Assembly (NCBI GenBank): GCA_029934835.1
Contig: JAOZLL010000049.1
Location: forward strand, 1 to 15,973
Origin: Flavobacteriaceae bacterium
Lineage (GTDB): Bacteria; Bacteroidota; Bacteroidia; Flavobacteriales; Flavobacteriaceae
Direction: 5' to 3'
Length of the DNA: 15,973 bases
In this document: positions 6,207 to 14,675 of the stretch, piece after piece
Layout of the letters: each line of letters opens with the position of its first letter
How positions within the stretch are numbered: position 1 is the stretch's first letter
Translations under genes and position numbers: made by a program
The notes under the pieces: generated by a model
Told to the model about the DNA's origin: nothing
Seen by the model: only the letters and a program-made list of their open reading frames with translations
Databases searched by the model: none

Positions 6207-8162
6207 ATGCCTAAAAAAATTGTAACGTTACTCCTACTATTACTCAGTATAAAAACTATTGCACAAAAAGCAAATTTTCCAAAATGGAATAGTTTTTCTG
6301 AATATGAAATGAATTTAACAACCTATGAAAAAGACACCACAGCACATGCTGTCATTTTAGATGAAGTAGGGTTTGCTTATGTAGAAAGTGGTGGAAACTA
6401 TGATATAATTATTGAATATTATGTCAAAATTAAAATCTTAGATGAGGAAGGATTTGATTATGCAACAGCCAAAATAAGATCTCACCCAAAAGAAAAAATC
6501 ACGAGTATTAAAGGTAGTACAACAAATTTTGAAAGTGATAAAACAACTAGTTTAAAACTTGACAAATCAGAAATATATAACGAAAAAGTTTCTGAATTTA
6601 GAAAATTGACATCATTTACCTTACCCAATATAAAAGTGGGTAGTATCATAGAATATTATTATAAAAAAAGAACTCCATTTCATTTTACATTTGCTAATGG
6701 TTGGGTTTTTCAAAGCGATATCCCGACCATAAAAAGTTCATATTATGCTAAAATACCTGGATTCTGGCATTATAATATTAGTACTATTGGAATAAAAAAC
6801 CCTGTTTTCAAACAAAATAAACTCATAAAGAATTGTATATCTGTTAACTCTACGACAGCCGAATGTCTATTCTTAGAACTAACTCTAAATGAAATTCCTG
6901 CTTTTATTGAAGAGAATTTTACCACTAGTAATTATAACTTTTTAAAACAATTAAAATTTGAATTAAGAACTTTCACTCAAGCTGATGGTGTTGTTAAACA
7001 CTATAATAAAACTTGGAAGGATAGTGACAAACGGCTTTTTAAAGAGGAATATTTTGGAAAAGAGTATCATAAAACTAAATATATTCGCAAAAAAATCCCA
7101 GATAAAATTATTAGCATTTCTGATAAATTAGAGAGAGCCAAAGCTATTTATTTGTTTATCCAAAATCACTTTAATTGGAACAACAAGTATAACTTTTTTA
7201 AAGAATTACACACTAAAAAAGCATTTGAGAATAAAGTAGGTAATATGGTAGAAATAAACAGCACCCTAATAAATGCTTTAAATGCAGTAGGTATAAAATC
7301 TGATATTGCATTATTATCCACACGCGAAAATGGTTTTCCCACAAAGCTTTATCCTGTGATAACAGATTTCAATTATTTAGTAGCACATATTAAACTAGAT
7401 GGAATAGATTATTTTTTAGATGCTACCCAAAAAAAATTACCCTTTGGGTTACTACCTTATAAGTGTTTAAATGGAAATATTAGAGTTTATAATAAGATTA
7501 CTGGTAGTTATTGGTATGAATTTACACCCATAGATCGAAATGAAGAAAATATCTATGCAATTGGGACAATAAACGATGATGGTACAGCTGAAATACAAGC
7601 TCGTATTGTCAATAATGGCTATACTGCTCTTGAAAAAAGAACAAAAATCAGGGATTTATCAATTGAAAAATACGAGGAAGAAGTAGATGAACACAATGAA
7701 GATTTAAACATTATAGATTTTTCTATCGAAAACTTAGAACTAATTGACAAACCACTGATCGAAACAATTAAGTTTGAAACGGAATCAGATTTCACCGATA
7801 CTAATACTATCTATATAAATCCTTTCGTAATTAAAAATTTTAATAAAAATCCATTTACCTTAACGACTCGTAATTATCCAATAGATTTAGGATACAAACG
7901 AAAATTTCAATATAATTTGGTTTTTAATATTCCTGAAGGATACAAAATACAGAGTATACCGAAAAATCGAAAAATTGGACTCCCTGAAAATGGTGGAGAA
8001 TTAGTATATTTATCAAGTAATACTAGTAATAAAATAACCATTAAATTTATATTTTCATTAAATAAAACAAGGTACAGACAAGAACAATATAATTATCTAA
8101 AAAAGATTTTCTCACAATTAATTATTGCTCAAAATGAAATGATTATATTAACAAAAGAATAA
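6207..8162 (+). CDS. Large secreted protein with DUF3857-like N-terminal region and a transglutaminase-like core (nucleophile position apparently not Cys)
   Basis: Signal peptide MPKKIVTLLLLLLSIKTIAQ. KVGNMVEINSTLINALNAVGIKSDIALLSTRENG ... YLVAHIKLDGIDYFLDAT follows the transglutaminase-core spacing (G-x-C-x-x-F-A...LGIPAR...H-x-W-x-E-V-Y...D), with Met where the Cys is expected and His/Asp retained. Size and architecture are typical of Bacteroidetes DUF3857/transglutaminase-like proteins. Confidence 0.5.
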   Translation: MPKKIVTLLLLLLSIKTIAQKANFPKWNSFSEYEMNLTTYEKDTTAHAVILDEVGFAYVESGGNYDIIIEYYVKIKILDEEGFDYATAKIRSHPKEKITSIKGSTTNFESDKTTSLKLDKSEIYNEKVSEFRKLTSFTLPNIKVGSIIEYYYKKRTPFHFTFANGWVFQSDIPTIKSSYYAKIPGFWHYNISTIGIKNPVFKQNKLIKNCISVNSTTAECLFLELTLNEIPAFIEENFTTSNYNFLKQLKFELRTFTQADGVVKHYNKTWKDSDKRLFKEEYFGKEYHKTKYIRKKIPDKIISISDKLERAKAIYLFIQNHFNWNNKYNFFKELHTKKAFENKVGNMVEINSTLINALNAVGIKSDIALLSTRENGFPTKLYPVITDFNYLVAHIKLDGIDYFLDATQKKLPFGLLPYKCLNGNIRVYNKITGSYWYEFTPIDRNEENIYAIGTINDDGTAEIQARIVNNGYTALEKRTKIRDLSIEKYEEEVDEHNEDLNIIDFSIENLELIDKPLIETIKFETESDFTDTNTIYINPFVIKNFNKNPFTLTTRNYPIDLGYKRKFQYNLVFNIPEGYKIQSIPKNRKIGLPENGGELVYLSSNTSNKITIKFIFSLNKTRYRQEQYNYLKKIFSQLIIAQNEMIILTKE

Positions 8163-8166
8163 AGTT

Positions 8167-8988
8167 TTGAATATGACAAATCATAAAAATTGGAAAAGTA
8201 AGCTCCACGATATTATTTATGAAGCAGATACACCCATAGGCAAACTATTTGATGTAATCTTATTGATTTTGATATTATTTAGTATTGCTTTGGTAATGCT
8301 AGAAAGTATTGAATCAATAAACAACAAATACCATGACTTTTTTAACTATGCGGAATGGGTAATAACCATACTATTTACCATTGAATATTTTGCTAGAATA
8401 ATCTCCATAAAAAACAAAAAATCCTATATTCTTAGTTTTTATGGTGTAATAGACTTTCTATCTACCATTCCAAAATATTTATCATTTTTCTTAGTAGGCG
8501 CACATGCAATGGTTGCTCTTAGAGCATTAAGACTACTACGTGTATTCAGAGTTTTAAAACTGGCTCGTTTTGTTGGTGAATCTGAAAATTTGATGAAAGC
8601 ATTAAAGGCAAGTCGTGCCAAAATTTCTGTTTTTCTACTTGCTGTTATAATGATATCAGTTATTTTAGGAAGTTTAATGTATCTTATTGAAATTAACCAA
8701 GATAGCGGTTTTGATAGTATCCCTCGTGCAGTCTATTGGGCAATTGTAACCTTAACAACTGTTGGATATGGTGATATTGCTCCTGTTACTCCTTTTGGAC
8801 AATTTATTGCCTCAATAATTATGATTATGGGTTATGCAATAATTGCTATACCTACTGGAATTGTATCGGTTGAATACAGCAAACATAAAGATATTGATAC
8901 CAACACACAATCATGTCCTCACTGTACGGCTACTGACCACCACGATGATGCCGAGTTTTGTTATGAGTGTGGTAAAAAATTGAATTAA
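8167..8988 (+). CDS. 6-TM voltage-sensor-containing potassium channel (Kv-like) with C-terminal C4 zinc ribbon
   Basis: Selectivity filter TLTTVGYGDIAP. S4-like helix ALRALRLLRVFRVLKLARF with basic residues every third position. Three hydrophobic helices precede it (S1-S3) and two flank the pore (S5, S6). C-terminal CPHC-x15-CYEC is a zinc-ribbon-like tail. The start may be TTG 8167 or ATG 8173. Confidence 0.85.
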   Translation: MNMTNHKNWKSKLHDIIYEADTPIGKLFDVILLILILFSIALVMLESIESINNKYHDFFNYAEWVITILFTIEYFARIISIKNKKSYILSFYGVIDFLSTIPKYLSFFLVGAHAMVALRALRLLRVFRVLKLARFVGESENLMKALKASRAKISVFLLAVIMISVILGSLMYLIEINQDSGFDSIPRAVYWAIVTLTTVGYGDIAPVTPFGQFIASIIMIMGYAIIAIPTGIVSVEYSKHKDIDTNTQSCPHCTATDHHDDAEFCYECGKKLN

Positions 8989-9087
8989 TATAAAATGTAA
9001 AATTTAGAATATAATATATTTCTAATTTCAAGATATCATAACTCACATATAATTATAAGCGTAAAGCATTAAGCAAAAAAAACAACT

Positions 9088-9990
9088 TTGAACAAAACCC
9101 TTATCACCATAGTCGGTCCAACCGCAATAGGTAAAACAAGCCTCAGTATTGCTATTGCAAAATACTTTGATTGTGAGATAATTTCTTGTGATTCACGTCA
9201 GTTTTATAAAGAAATGAAAATAGGAACGGCTGTTCCAAGTGATGTAGAATTAAATCAAATAAAACACCATTTCATTCAAAATCGTAGTATTCATGAAGCA
9301 TATAGTGTTGGAGAATTTGAAAAAGATGCATTAGTAGTAATTAAACAACTCTTTAAGAAACATGATACTGTAGTTATGATTGGCGGTAGCGGTCTTTATG
9401 TAGATGCTGTTCTTAAAGGTTTAGATCACTTTCCAGAGGTTGCTCCTGAAATAAGAATAGAACTCAATCAACTATTAGAAAAAGATGGTATAGAAAGTCT
9501 TCAAGCGCAATTAGAATACTTAGATCCCGAAACCTATGATGTTATTGATATTCAAAATCCTCATCGCGTTATTCGTGCTTTAGAAGTCTGTCTGGGTACT
9601 GATGAAATGTATTCTTATTATAAAAACAAACCAAAAAAAACGCGTGATTTTAATACAATCAAAATTGGACTTGATGCCAATCGAGAAACTATATATATGC
9701 GCATTGAACAACGAGTTGACTTAATGCTTAAAGAAGGATTATTAGATGAAGCAAAAAAGCTTTATCCTTACAAAAATCTAAATGCGTTACAAACCGTAGG
9801 TTACCGTGAACTATTTGATTATTTTGATGATACTTTTACGCTAGACTTTGCTATAGCTGAAATCAAAAAAAATACACGCCGTTTTGCCAAAAGACAAAAT
9901 ACGTGGTTTAAAAAAGATAAAGAAATTCATTGGTTTGATTACCAAACAGATTTCAGGACTATTATTGAACAGATTAATAGATTAGTTTAA
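9088..9990 (+). CDS. miaA: tRNA dimethylallyltransferase (tRNA delta2-isopentenyl-pyrophosphate transferase)
   Basis: N-terminal P-loop LITIVGPTAIGKTSLSIAIAKYF, followed by ISCDSRQFYKEMKIGTA and MIGGSGLYVDAVLKG, characteristic MiaA motifs. 300 aa. TTG start. The stop TAA at 9988-9990 overlaps the menF stop on the other strand. Confidence 0.9.
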   Translation: MNKTLITIVGPTAIGKTSLSIAIAKYFDCEIISCDSRQFYKEMKIGTAVPSDVELNQIKHHFIQNRSIHEAYSVGEFEKDALVVIKQLFKKHDTVVMIGGSGLYVDAVLKGLDHFPEVAPEIRIELNQLLEKDGIESLQAQLEYLDPETYDVIDIQNPHRVIRALEVCLGTDEMYSYYKNKPKKTRDFNTIKIGLDANRETIYMRIEQRVDLMLKEGLLDEAKKLYPYKNLNALQTVGYRELFDYFDDTFTLDFAIAEIKKNTRRFAKRQNTWFKKDKEIHWFDYQTDFRTIIEQINRLV

Positions 9991-11042
9991 TATAAAAACT
10001 TACCTAAAACTAATGCTTTGTTTTGTGTTTCTTCCCATTCGTCTTTAGGTATGCTATCTTTGGTAATTCCTCCTCCAACATAAAGGATAGCCTGTTTATC
10101 TTTGAGTTGCATACAACGTAAATTAACGTATAATTCTGATTTATTATTGCTATTAATCTCTCCTAAAAAACCAGTGTAAAATTCTCTGTTATAGTTCTCA
10201 TTTCCTAAAATGAAATCTTTTGCCACACTGCGTGGAAAACCACATACTGCTGGTGTAGGGTGCATCCTTAAAATCAAATCTTTTAAGCTAGTAGCATTTG
10301 TTAGATTTCCCTTGATATCAGTTCTTATATGAGCTAAATGTCCTGCTCTTTTCGTATAAGGTTTTGAAATATCTATGTGTGAGACGATAGGTAGTAGTTT
10401 GTCAGTGATATAATTAGTAACCCATTGTTGCTCCTCTTTTTCTTTGTTCGCCCAAGTTATATCATCACTATAAGGTTGTGTACCCGCTAATGCCATAGTA
10501 CTAAAGGCATCTTTATTTAAACTCATAAACTTTTCGGGTGTAGCACCTATCCACAAACCCACTTTAGGGTGATACCAAAGATATACAAAGGCATTAGAAT
10601 AAGCAGTCACCAAAGCTTCATAAAGTACTCCAACTCTATCTCTTTCAAATGATTTTTTAAGACTTCTTGAGATCACCACTTTATTTGCATTTCCTGCACG
10701 GATAAAATCAATTGTTTTTTGAACTAATCTAATATGTTTTGACTGTGCCTCTTTTTCGTCTATCAAACTTTTACTACTACCAATTTCTTTTTTACTAGCA
10801 GGTGTTTTGTAATGAGATACTTGAGACTTTGAAAAGGGAAATAAAATAGATTGTTGTTGATGATCAAATGGAGTAAATACAAAACCATTTTCTACATAAG
10901 ATTCTGTTGTATATAATTCAGAATTATTTTGAACCCATGTAATTACATTTTCATCTTTGTTTTTATGATAAAAAGCAAAAGGTCTATTATCTTTTAATAA
11001 TTCTTGTATATAAACGGAAATACTTGAATTTTGGGTTTTCAA
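9987..11042 (-). CDS. menF: Isochorismate synthase (chorismate-binding enzyme), menaquinone pathway
   Basis: C-terminal region HPTPAVCGFPR...FYTGFLGEIN...LYVGGGITKDSIPKDEWEETQNKA matches the chorismate-utilising enzyme C-terminal signature (GGGIV-x-DS-xP-x-EW-xET). Its start is 6 nt from the thioesterase gene stop, and menB is nearby. Confidence 0.82.
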   Translation of the reverse strand: MKTQNSSISVYIQELLKDNRPFAFYHKNKDENVITWVQNNSELYTTESYVENGFVFTPFDHQQQSILFPFSKSQVSHYKTPASKKEIGSSKSLIDEKEAQSKHIRLVQKTIDFIRAGNANKVVISRSLKKSFERDRVGVLYEALVTAYSNAFVYLWYHPKVGLWIGATPEKFMSLNKDAFSTMALAGTQPYSDDITWANKEKEEQQWVTNYITDKLLPIVSHIDISKPYTKRAGHLAHIRTDIKGNLTNATSLKDLILRMHPTPAVCGFPRSVAKDFILGNENYNREFYTGFLGEINSNNKSELYVNLRCMQLKDKQAILYVGGGITKDSIPKDEWEETQNKALVLGKFLY

Positions 11043-11048
11043 AATAAT

Positions 11049-11465
11049 TTATTTTTTTGGTAGTACAATATTAGTCAATTTACATAGAGAAACTAAGTCT
11101 CCAGCTTCATCAACAATTCTTATTTCCCATAAATGAGTTGTTCTACCTTTGTGAAGAATTCTTGCCGTTGCTGTAACCATACCTTCTTTTATGCTTTTAA
11201 GATGATTCCCTGATAATTCAATCCCTCTTACTTCATATTTACCAGTATCAATCAAAAAATGTGAAGCAGTACTTCCCACACTTTCCGCTAAAGCCAAACT
11301 AGCACCACCATGTAACAAACCTACTGGTTGGTGTACTTTTGGTGTAACTGGCATGGTCGCAACCAGAAATCCTTCACCAACACCAACAAATTTAATGTCA
11401 AGTGTTTCCATTAAAGTATTTGACATAAAACTATTGATATAAGCTAGTTTTTTTTCAGTATCCAT
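11049..11465 (-). CDS. Hotdog-fold PaaI/YdiI-type acyl-CoA thioesterase, probable 1,4-dihydroxy-2-naphthoyl-CoA hydrolase
   Basis: 138 aa. VHQPVGLLHGGASLALAESVGSTASHF is the PaaI/YdiI-type HGG-x-x-x-ALAE motif. The gene is directly upstream of menF in an apparent operon. Confidence 0.72.
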   Translation of the reverse strand: MDTEKKLAYINSFMSNTLMETLDIKFVGVGEGFLVATMPVTPKVHQPVGLLHGGASLALAESVGSTASHFLIDTGKYEVRGIELSGNHLKSIKEGMVTATARILHKGRTTHLWEIRIVDEAGDLVSLCKLTNIVLPKK

Positions 11466-11563
11466 ATACGTCTTTGTTTTTCGTAAAAGTAAGAAAATAT
11501 CTTGTAAAAGATAAACTAAACCATTATGAACTTGAAGTCAATAGTTGGTTTAGAATTCCTAAT

Positions 11564-11601
11564 TCTCTATCTTTAAATTTTGGTTCTCTATTTTTAATGA
11601 A
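11564..11601 (+). repeat. Tandem imperfect direct repeat (ttctctatctttaaatttt / ttctctatttttaatga) in the divergent promoter region
   Basis: Two ~17-bp copies separated by 3 bp, about 14/17 identical, roughly 100 nt upstream of the thioesterase-menF operon start on the minus strand. Confidence 0.4.
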
Positions 11602-11679
11602 AAAACTTTCTTTTTTAGTTATAACTCATAATACTTCTAAAATTTTATTGTAAATTGCTCTAAAGTCGTTAGTTGTTTA

Positions 11680-11687
11680 TATATTTG
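11680..11687 (+). promoter_or_regulatory. -7 box candidate TAtaTTTG for gene 11769-12296
   Basis: tatatttg matches TAnnTTTG and lies about 80 nt upstream of the ATG at 11769. Confidence 0.3.
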
Positions 11688-11768
11688 ATAATCAAATAAA
11701 TATGCATTTTATCATAATCAATTAGACGACTTATATATATTAATTACAAATGCACAACGAGTTACTAT

Positions 11769-12296
11769 ATGCTTTTTGAACTACAGAACGAATTAAGAGA
11801 ACACCTAAACCAAGATGAAAGTATTCTTTGGGCTGGAAGACCAAAAACTGGAATTATTTTTAGACAAATAGACATTTTCCTAATACCTTTCAGTATCTTA
11901 TGGAGTGGCTTTGTCACCTTTTGGATTTATATTACCTATACATCAGGTGCACCACTATTTTTTATCTTTTTTAGTGTTCCTTTTGTTTTAGTAGGCTTAT
12001 TTCTACTCTTTGGTCGTTTTTTTTATGATGTAAAACAACGAGAAAATACCATATACGGATTAACTGAAAAGCGAATCATCATTAAATCTGGAATTTATTC
12101 AAGAAAAATCCAAAGTATAGCACTAGAAACACTTCCAGATATTCAATATCGTGAAAAACAAGATGGATCTGGCACTATTTTATTGGGAAAATCCTGGATT
12201 CGACAAAGTAGAATAATCAAAAATTACAAACTAGATTTAATTCCTGATGTTAAAAAAGTATTCAATAAAATCACAGAACAACAAAGAGACTTATAG
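11769..12296 (+). CDS. 2-TM membrane protein with C-terminal soluble domain (bacterial PH-domain/DUF304-like guess)
   Basis: N-terminal ESILWAGRPKTG is followed by two hydrophobic helices (IDIFLIPFSILWSGFVTFWIYI, LFFIFFSVPFVLVGLFLLFG), then a ~90-aa polar domain (TIYGLTEKRIIIKSGIYSRKIQSIALETL...). The family assignment is tentative. Confidence 0.5.
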   Translation: MLFELQNELREHLNQDESILWAGRPKTGIIFRQIDIFLIPFSILWSGFVTFWIYITYTSGAPLFFIFFSVPFVLVGLFLLFGRFFYDVKQRENTIYGLTEKRIIIKSGIYSRKIQSIALETLPDIQYREKQDGSGTILLGKSWIRQSRIIKNYKLDLIPDVKKVFNKITEQQRDL

Positions 12297-12421
12297 TTTT
12301 TATCAAATTAATAAAAACAAAACTCTTTGTAACAAATTAGAGTTAAAGACAACCAATAATAGAATACCCAATTAATTCATATTTTTTCGTAAATTCGAAT
12401 TCTCATTAAATTGTTATAACT

Positions 12422-13003
12422 ATGTTAGATTTCTTAAGTGAAATGCCTGTATTAGAGCAAACCTATTGGATCATTGCTCTGATAGGCTCGGCAATATTTG
12501 CTGTAATATTTCTACTCACATTTATAGGAGGTGACACAGATGTTGATATGGAAGCTGATGGAACTGACTTTGATGCTGATGATGGTGGTGTTGGCTTTCA
12601 ATTCTTTACTTTTAAAAATATCGTTGCCTTTTTTACCATTTTTGGATGGAGTGGTTTAAGTTGTCTAGATGGCGGACTATCTACTGGCTTAACCTTAGTT
12701 ATATCTACAATTTCCGGATTAATAATGATGGTTCTAACGACATTACTATTTTTTTGGATTAACAAACTAGCTGAATCAGGAACATTAAAAATGAAAAATG
12801 CAATCGGAGCAATTGGTGAAGTTTATTTACCAATAGGCGCCAATCGTTCTAAGATGGGAAAAGTACAAATTAAAGTTCAAGGTAGCTTACGTGAATTGGA
12901 AGCATTAACTGACAATGATGAAGAACTAAAAACAGGTACTGTTGTGAAAGTTCTTGAAATTATCAGTGCCGAATTATTACTCGTTGAAAAATTATCTAAA
13001 TAA
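12422..13003 (+). CDS. NfeD-like (YqiJ/YuaF-type) membrane protein, partner of flotillin
   Basis: N-terminal TM, acidic stretch DTDVDMEADGTDFDADDGGVG, two further TMs, then a C-terminal beta-rich segment GEVYLPIGANRSKMGKVQIKVQGSLRELEALTDNDEELKTGTVVKVLEI typical of the NfeD OB-fold. The stop lies 6 nt before the flotillin gene. Confidence 0.72.
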   Translation: MLDFLSEMPVLEQTYWIIALIGSAIFAVIFLLTFIGGDTDVDMEADGTDFDADDGGVGFQFFTFKNIVAFFTIFGWSGLSCLDGGLSTGLTLVISTISGLIMMVLTTLLFFWINKLAESGTLKMKNAIGAIGEVYLPIGANRSKMGKVQIKVQGSLRELEALTDNDEELKTGTVVKVLEIISAELLLVEKLSK

Positions 13004-13009
13004 ATTAAT

Positions 13010-14437
13010 ATGAATATGTTACTCTTATTACCATTGCAATCTGCCGCATTCGGCGTTTATACAGTAATTGCTATTATTTTTATTGGCTTTGTTTTTGTTT
13101 TCTCTATGCTGAGAAGATACAAACGATGTCCTTCTGATAAAATATTGGTTGTTTATGGAAAAACTGGAGGAAATAAAACTGCAAAAACCATTCATGGTGG
13201 TGCTTCATTTATTTGGCCAATTATTCAAGATTATGCGTTCTTAGACTTAACACCTATGTCAATTGAGGTTAATCTAACCAATGCTTTGAGTAAGCAAAAC
13301 ATCCGTGTGAACGTTCCTTCACGTTTTACCATTGGTATTTCAACAGAACCAAGTGTAATGCAAAATGCTGCCGAACGATTACTCGGTTTAAACCTTGACT
13401 TAGTACAAGAATTGGCACAAGAAATTATCTTTGGTCAATTGCGTTTAGTCGTTGCATCAATGGACATTGAGGAAATTAACTCAGACAGAGATCAATTTTT
13501 ATCTCATATTACCCATAGTGTAGAAAACGAATTAAAAAAAGTAGGTTTAAAGCTAATCAACGTAAATATTACCGACATACATGATGCCTCAGGTTATATT
13601 GAAGCCTTAGGGAAAGAAGCTGCTGCAAATGCTATAAATGAAGCTAAAGTTTCGGTAGCTCAAAAAGACAGAGATGGAGCTATTGGTGAAGCACAAGCTG
13701 TTCAAGACCAAAGAGTTCAAGTTGCTGCCGCTGATGCAAAAGCAGTTGAGGGTGAAAATATAGCAAAAATTGATATTGCAAACTCTAATGCTGAAAGAAG
13801 AGCCAAAGAAGCTGAAGCTGAAAAAATAGCCATTGCATCTGAAAAAGTACAAGCTGCAAAAGCCCTAGAAGAAGCTTATGCTGCCGAAAAAATTGCAGAA
13901 GACGCAAGAGCAACACGTAAAGAAGCTGAACAAGGTGCAGATATCATTGTACCTGCACAAATTGATAAACGTAAAATTGAAATTGACGCAGAAGCTGAAG
14001 CTGAACAAATCAGACGAGTAGCAAAAGGAGAAGCTGATGCCATTTTCTTAAAAAAAGAAGCTGAAGCAAAAGGTATCTATGAGATCTTAACTAAACAAGC
14101 TGAAGGTCTTGATCGTATAGTAAAAGCTGCAGGAAATGACCCTAAAGATGCTGTACTTCTACTGGTAGCTGATAAACTTCCAGAGCTAGTTAAAACACAA
14201 GCTGAAGCTATTAAAAATATCAAGATTGATAAGATTACCGTTTGGGAAAATGGTGGTGGAAAAGATGGTAAAACTTCTACTTCTAATTTTATTTCAGGTA
14301 TGTATAAATCGGTACCACCTTTACAAGAAATGTTTAATATGGCAGGTATGCAATTACCAAACTACTTAAAAGGAGAAGATATTGAAGAAGCTCAAGTAGA
14401 AGAAAAACCAGCTCCTAAAAAGGATAAAAATGAATAA
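13010..14437 (+). CDS. Flotillin-family SPFH/band-7 protein (YqiK/FloT-like)
   Basis: N-terminal TM, SPFH-like core (ILVVYGKTGG...IEVNLTNALSKQNIRVNV...), then a long Ala/Glu-rich coiled-coil with EA repeats (AEAEKIAIASEKVQAAKALEEAYAAEKIAEDARA...EIDAEAEAEQIRRVAKGEADA), the hallmark of flotillin domains. Confidence 0.9.
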   Translation: MNMLLLLPLQSAAFGVYTVIAIIFIGFVFVFSMLRRYKRCPSDKILVVYGKTGGNKTAKTIHGGASFIWPIIQDYAFLDLTPMSIEVNLTNALSKQNIRVNVPSRFTIGISTEPSVMQNAAERLLGLNLDLVQELAQEIIFGQLRLVVASMDIEEINSDRDQFLSHITHSVENELKKVGLKLINVNITDIHDASGYIEALGKEAAANAINEAKVSVAQKDRDGAIGEAQAVQDQRVQVAAADAKAVEGENIAKIDIANSNAERRAKEAEAEKIAIASEKVQAAKALEEAYAAEKIAEDARATRKEAEQGADIIVPAQIDKRKIEIDAEAEAEQIRRVAKGEADAIFLKKEAEAKGIYEILTKQAEGLDRIVKAAGNDPKDAVLLLVADKLPELVKTQAEAIKNIKIDKITVWENGGGKDGKTSTSNFISGMYKSVPPLQEMFNMAGMQLPNYLKGEDIEEAQVEEKPAPKKDKNE

Positions 14438-14515
14438 ATTTTCATGAATAATTCAACTTCAAACTATATTGTACTTAACAGTATAGGAATTATTCAAACA
14501 CCATATATCAAAAAG

Positions 14516-14554
14516 CTCCCTATCAACTCTTAAATGAGGATGATGGGGAGTTTT
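14516..14554 (+). terminator. Candidate rho-independent terminator after the NfeD-flotillin pair
   Basis: ctccc-t-atca-a-ctc-ttaaat-gag-ga-tgat-g-gggag followed by tttt forms an imperfect, bulged hairpin of about 12 bp with a T-run, 79 nt downstream of the flotillin stop. Confidence 0.4.
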
Positions 14555-14642
14555 CGTTGATTCTAGACCAACACTATGCAAAAGGTCTAATACTACTAGA
14601 TAGTTTTACTTATATTTATGTAATTTATTATTTAGATAAAAC

Positions 14643-14650
14643 TATATTTG
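14643..14650 (+). promoter_or_regulatory. -7 box candidate TAtaTTTG for the S41 peptidase gene
   Basis: tatatttg lies 26 nt upstream of the ATG at 14676. A second near-match tatattta lies at 14611-14618. Confidence 0.3.
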
Positions 14651-14675
14651 TTCTGTTATTTTTACAAACTAACTA

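Noticed and set aside
8439-8621. Minus-strand 60-aa ORF inside the K+ channel gene
   Set aside because: Antisense to the S4/S5 region of a confidently called channel.
9004-9025. Hairpin ttagaa-(10 nt)-ttctaa followed by ttt after the K+ channel gene
   Set aside because: The 6-bp stem is almost entirely A/T. Its predicted stability is too low to call a terminator with any confidence.
12321-12344. Hairpin aactct-(12 nt)-agagtt after gene 11769-12296
   Set aside because: The stem is only 6 bp and AT-rich with a 12-nt loop. The T-run lies on the minus strand, where no gene would use it, so at best it is a very weak terminator.
13607-13852. Minus-strand 81-aa ORF (F/S/C-rich) inside the flotillin gene
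   Set aside because: Antisense to the GCT/GAA-rich EA-repeat coding tract, a composition artefact.
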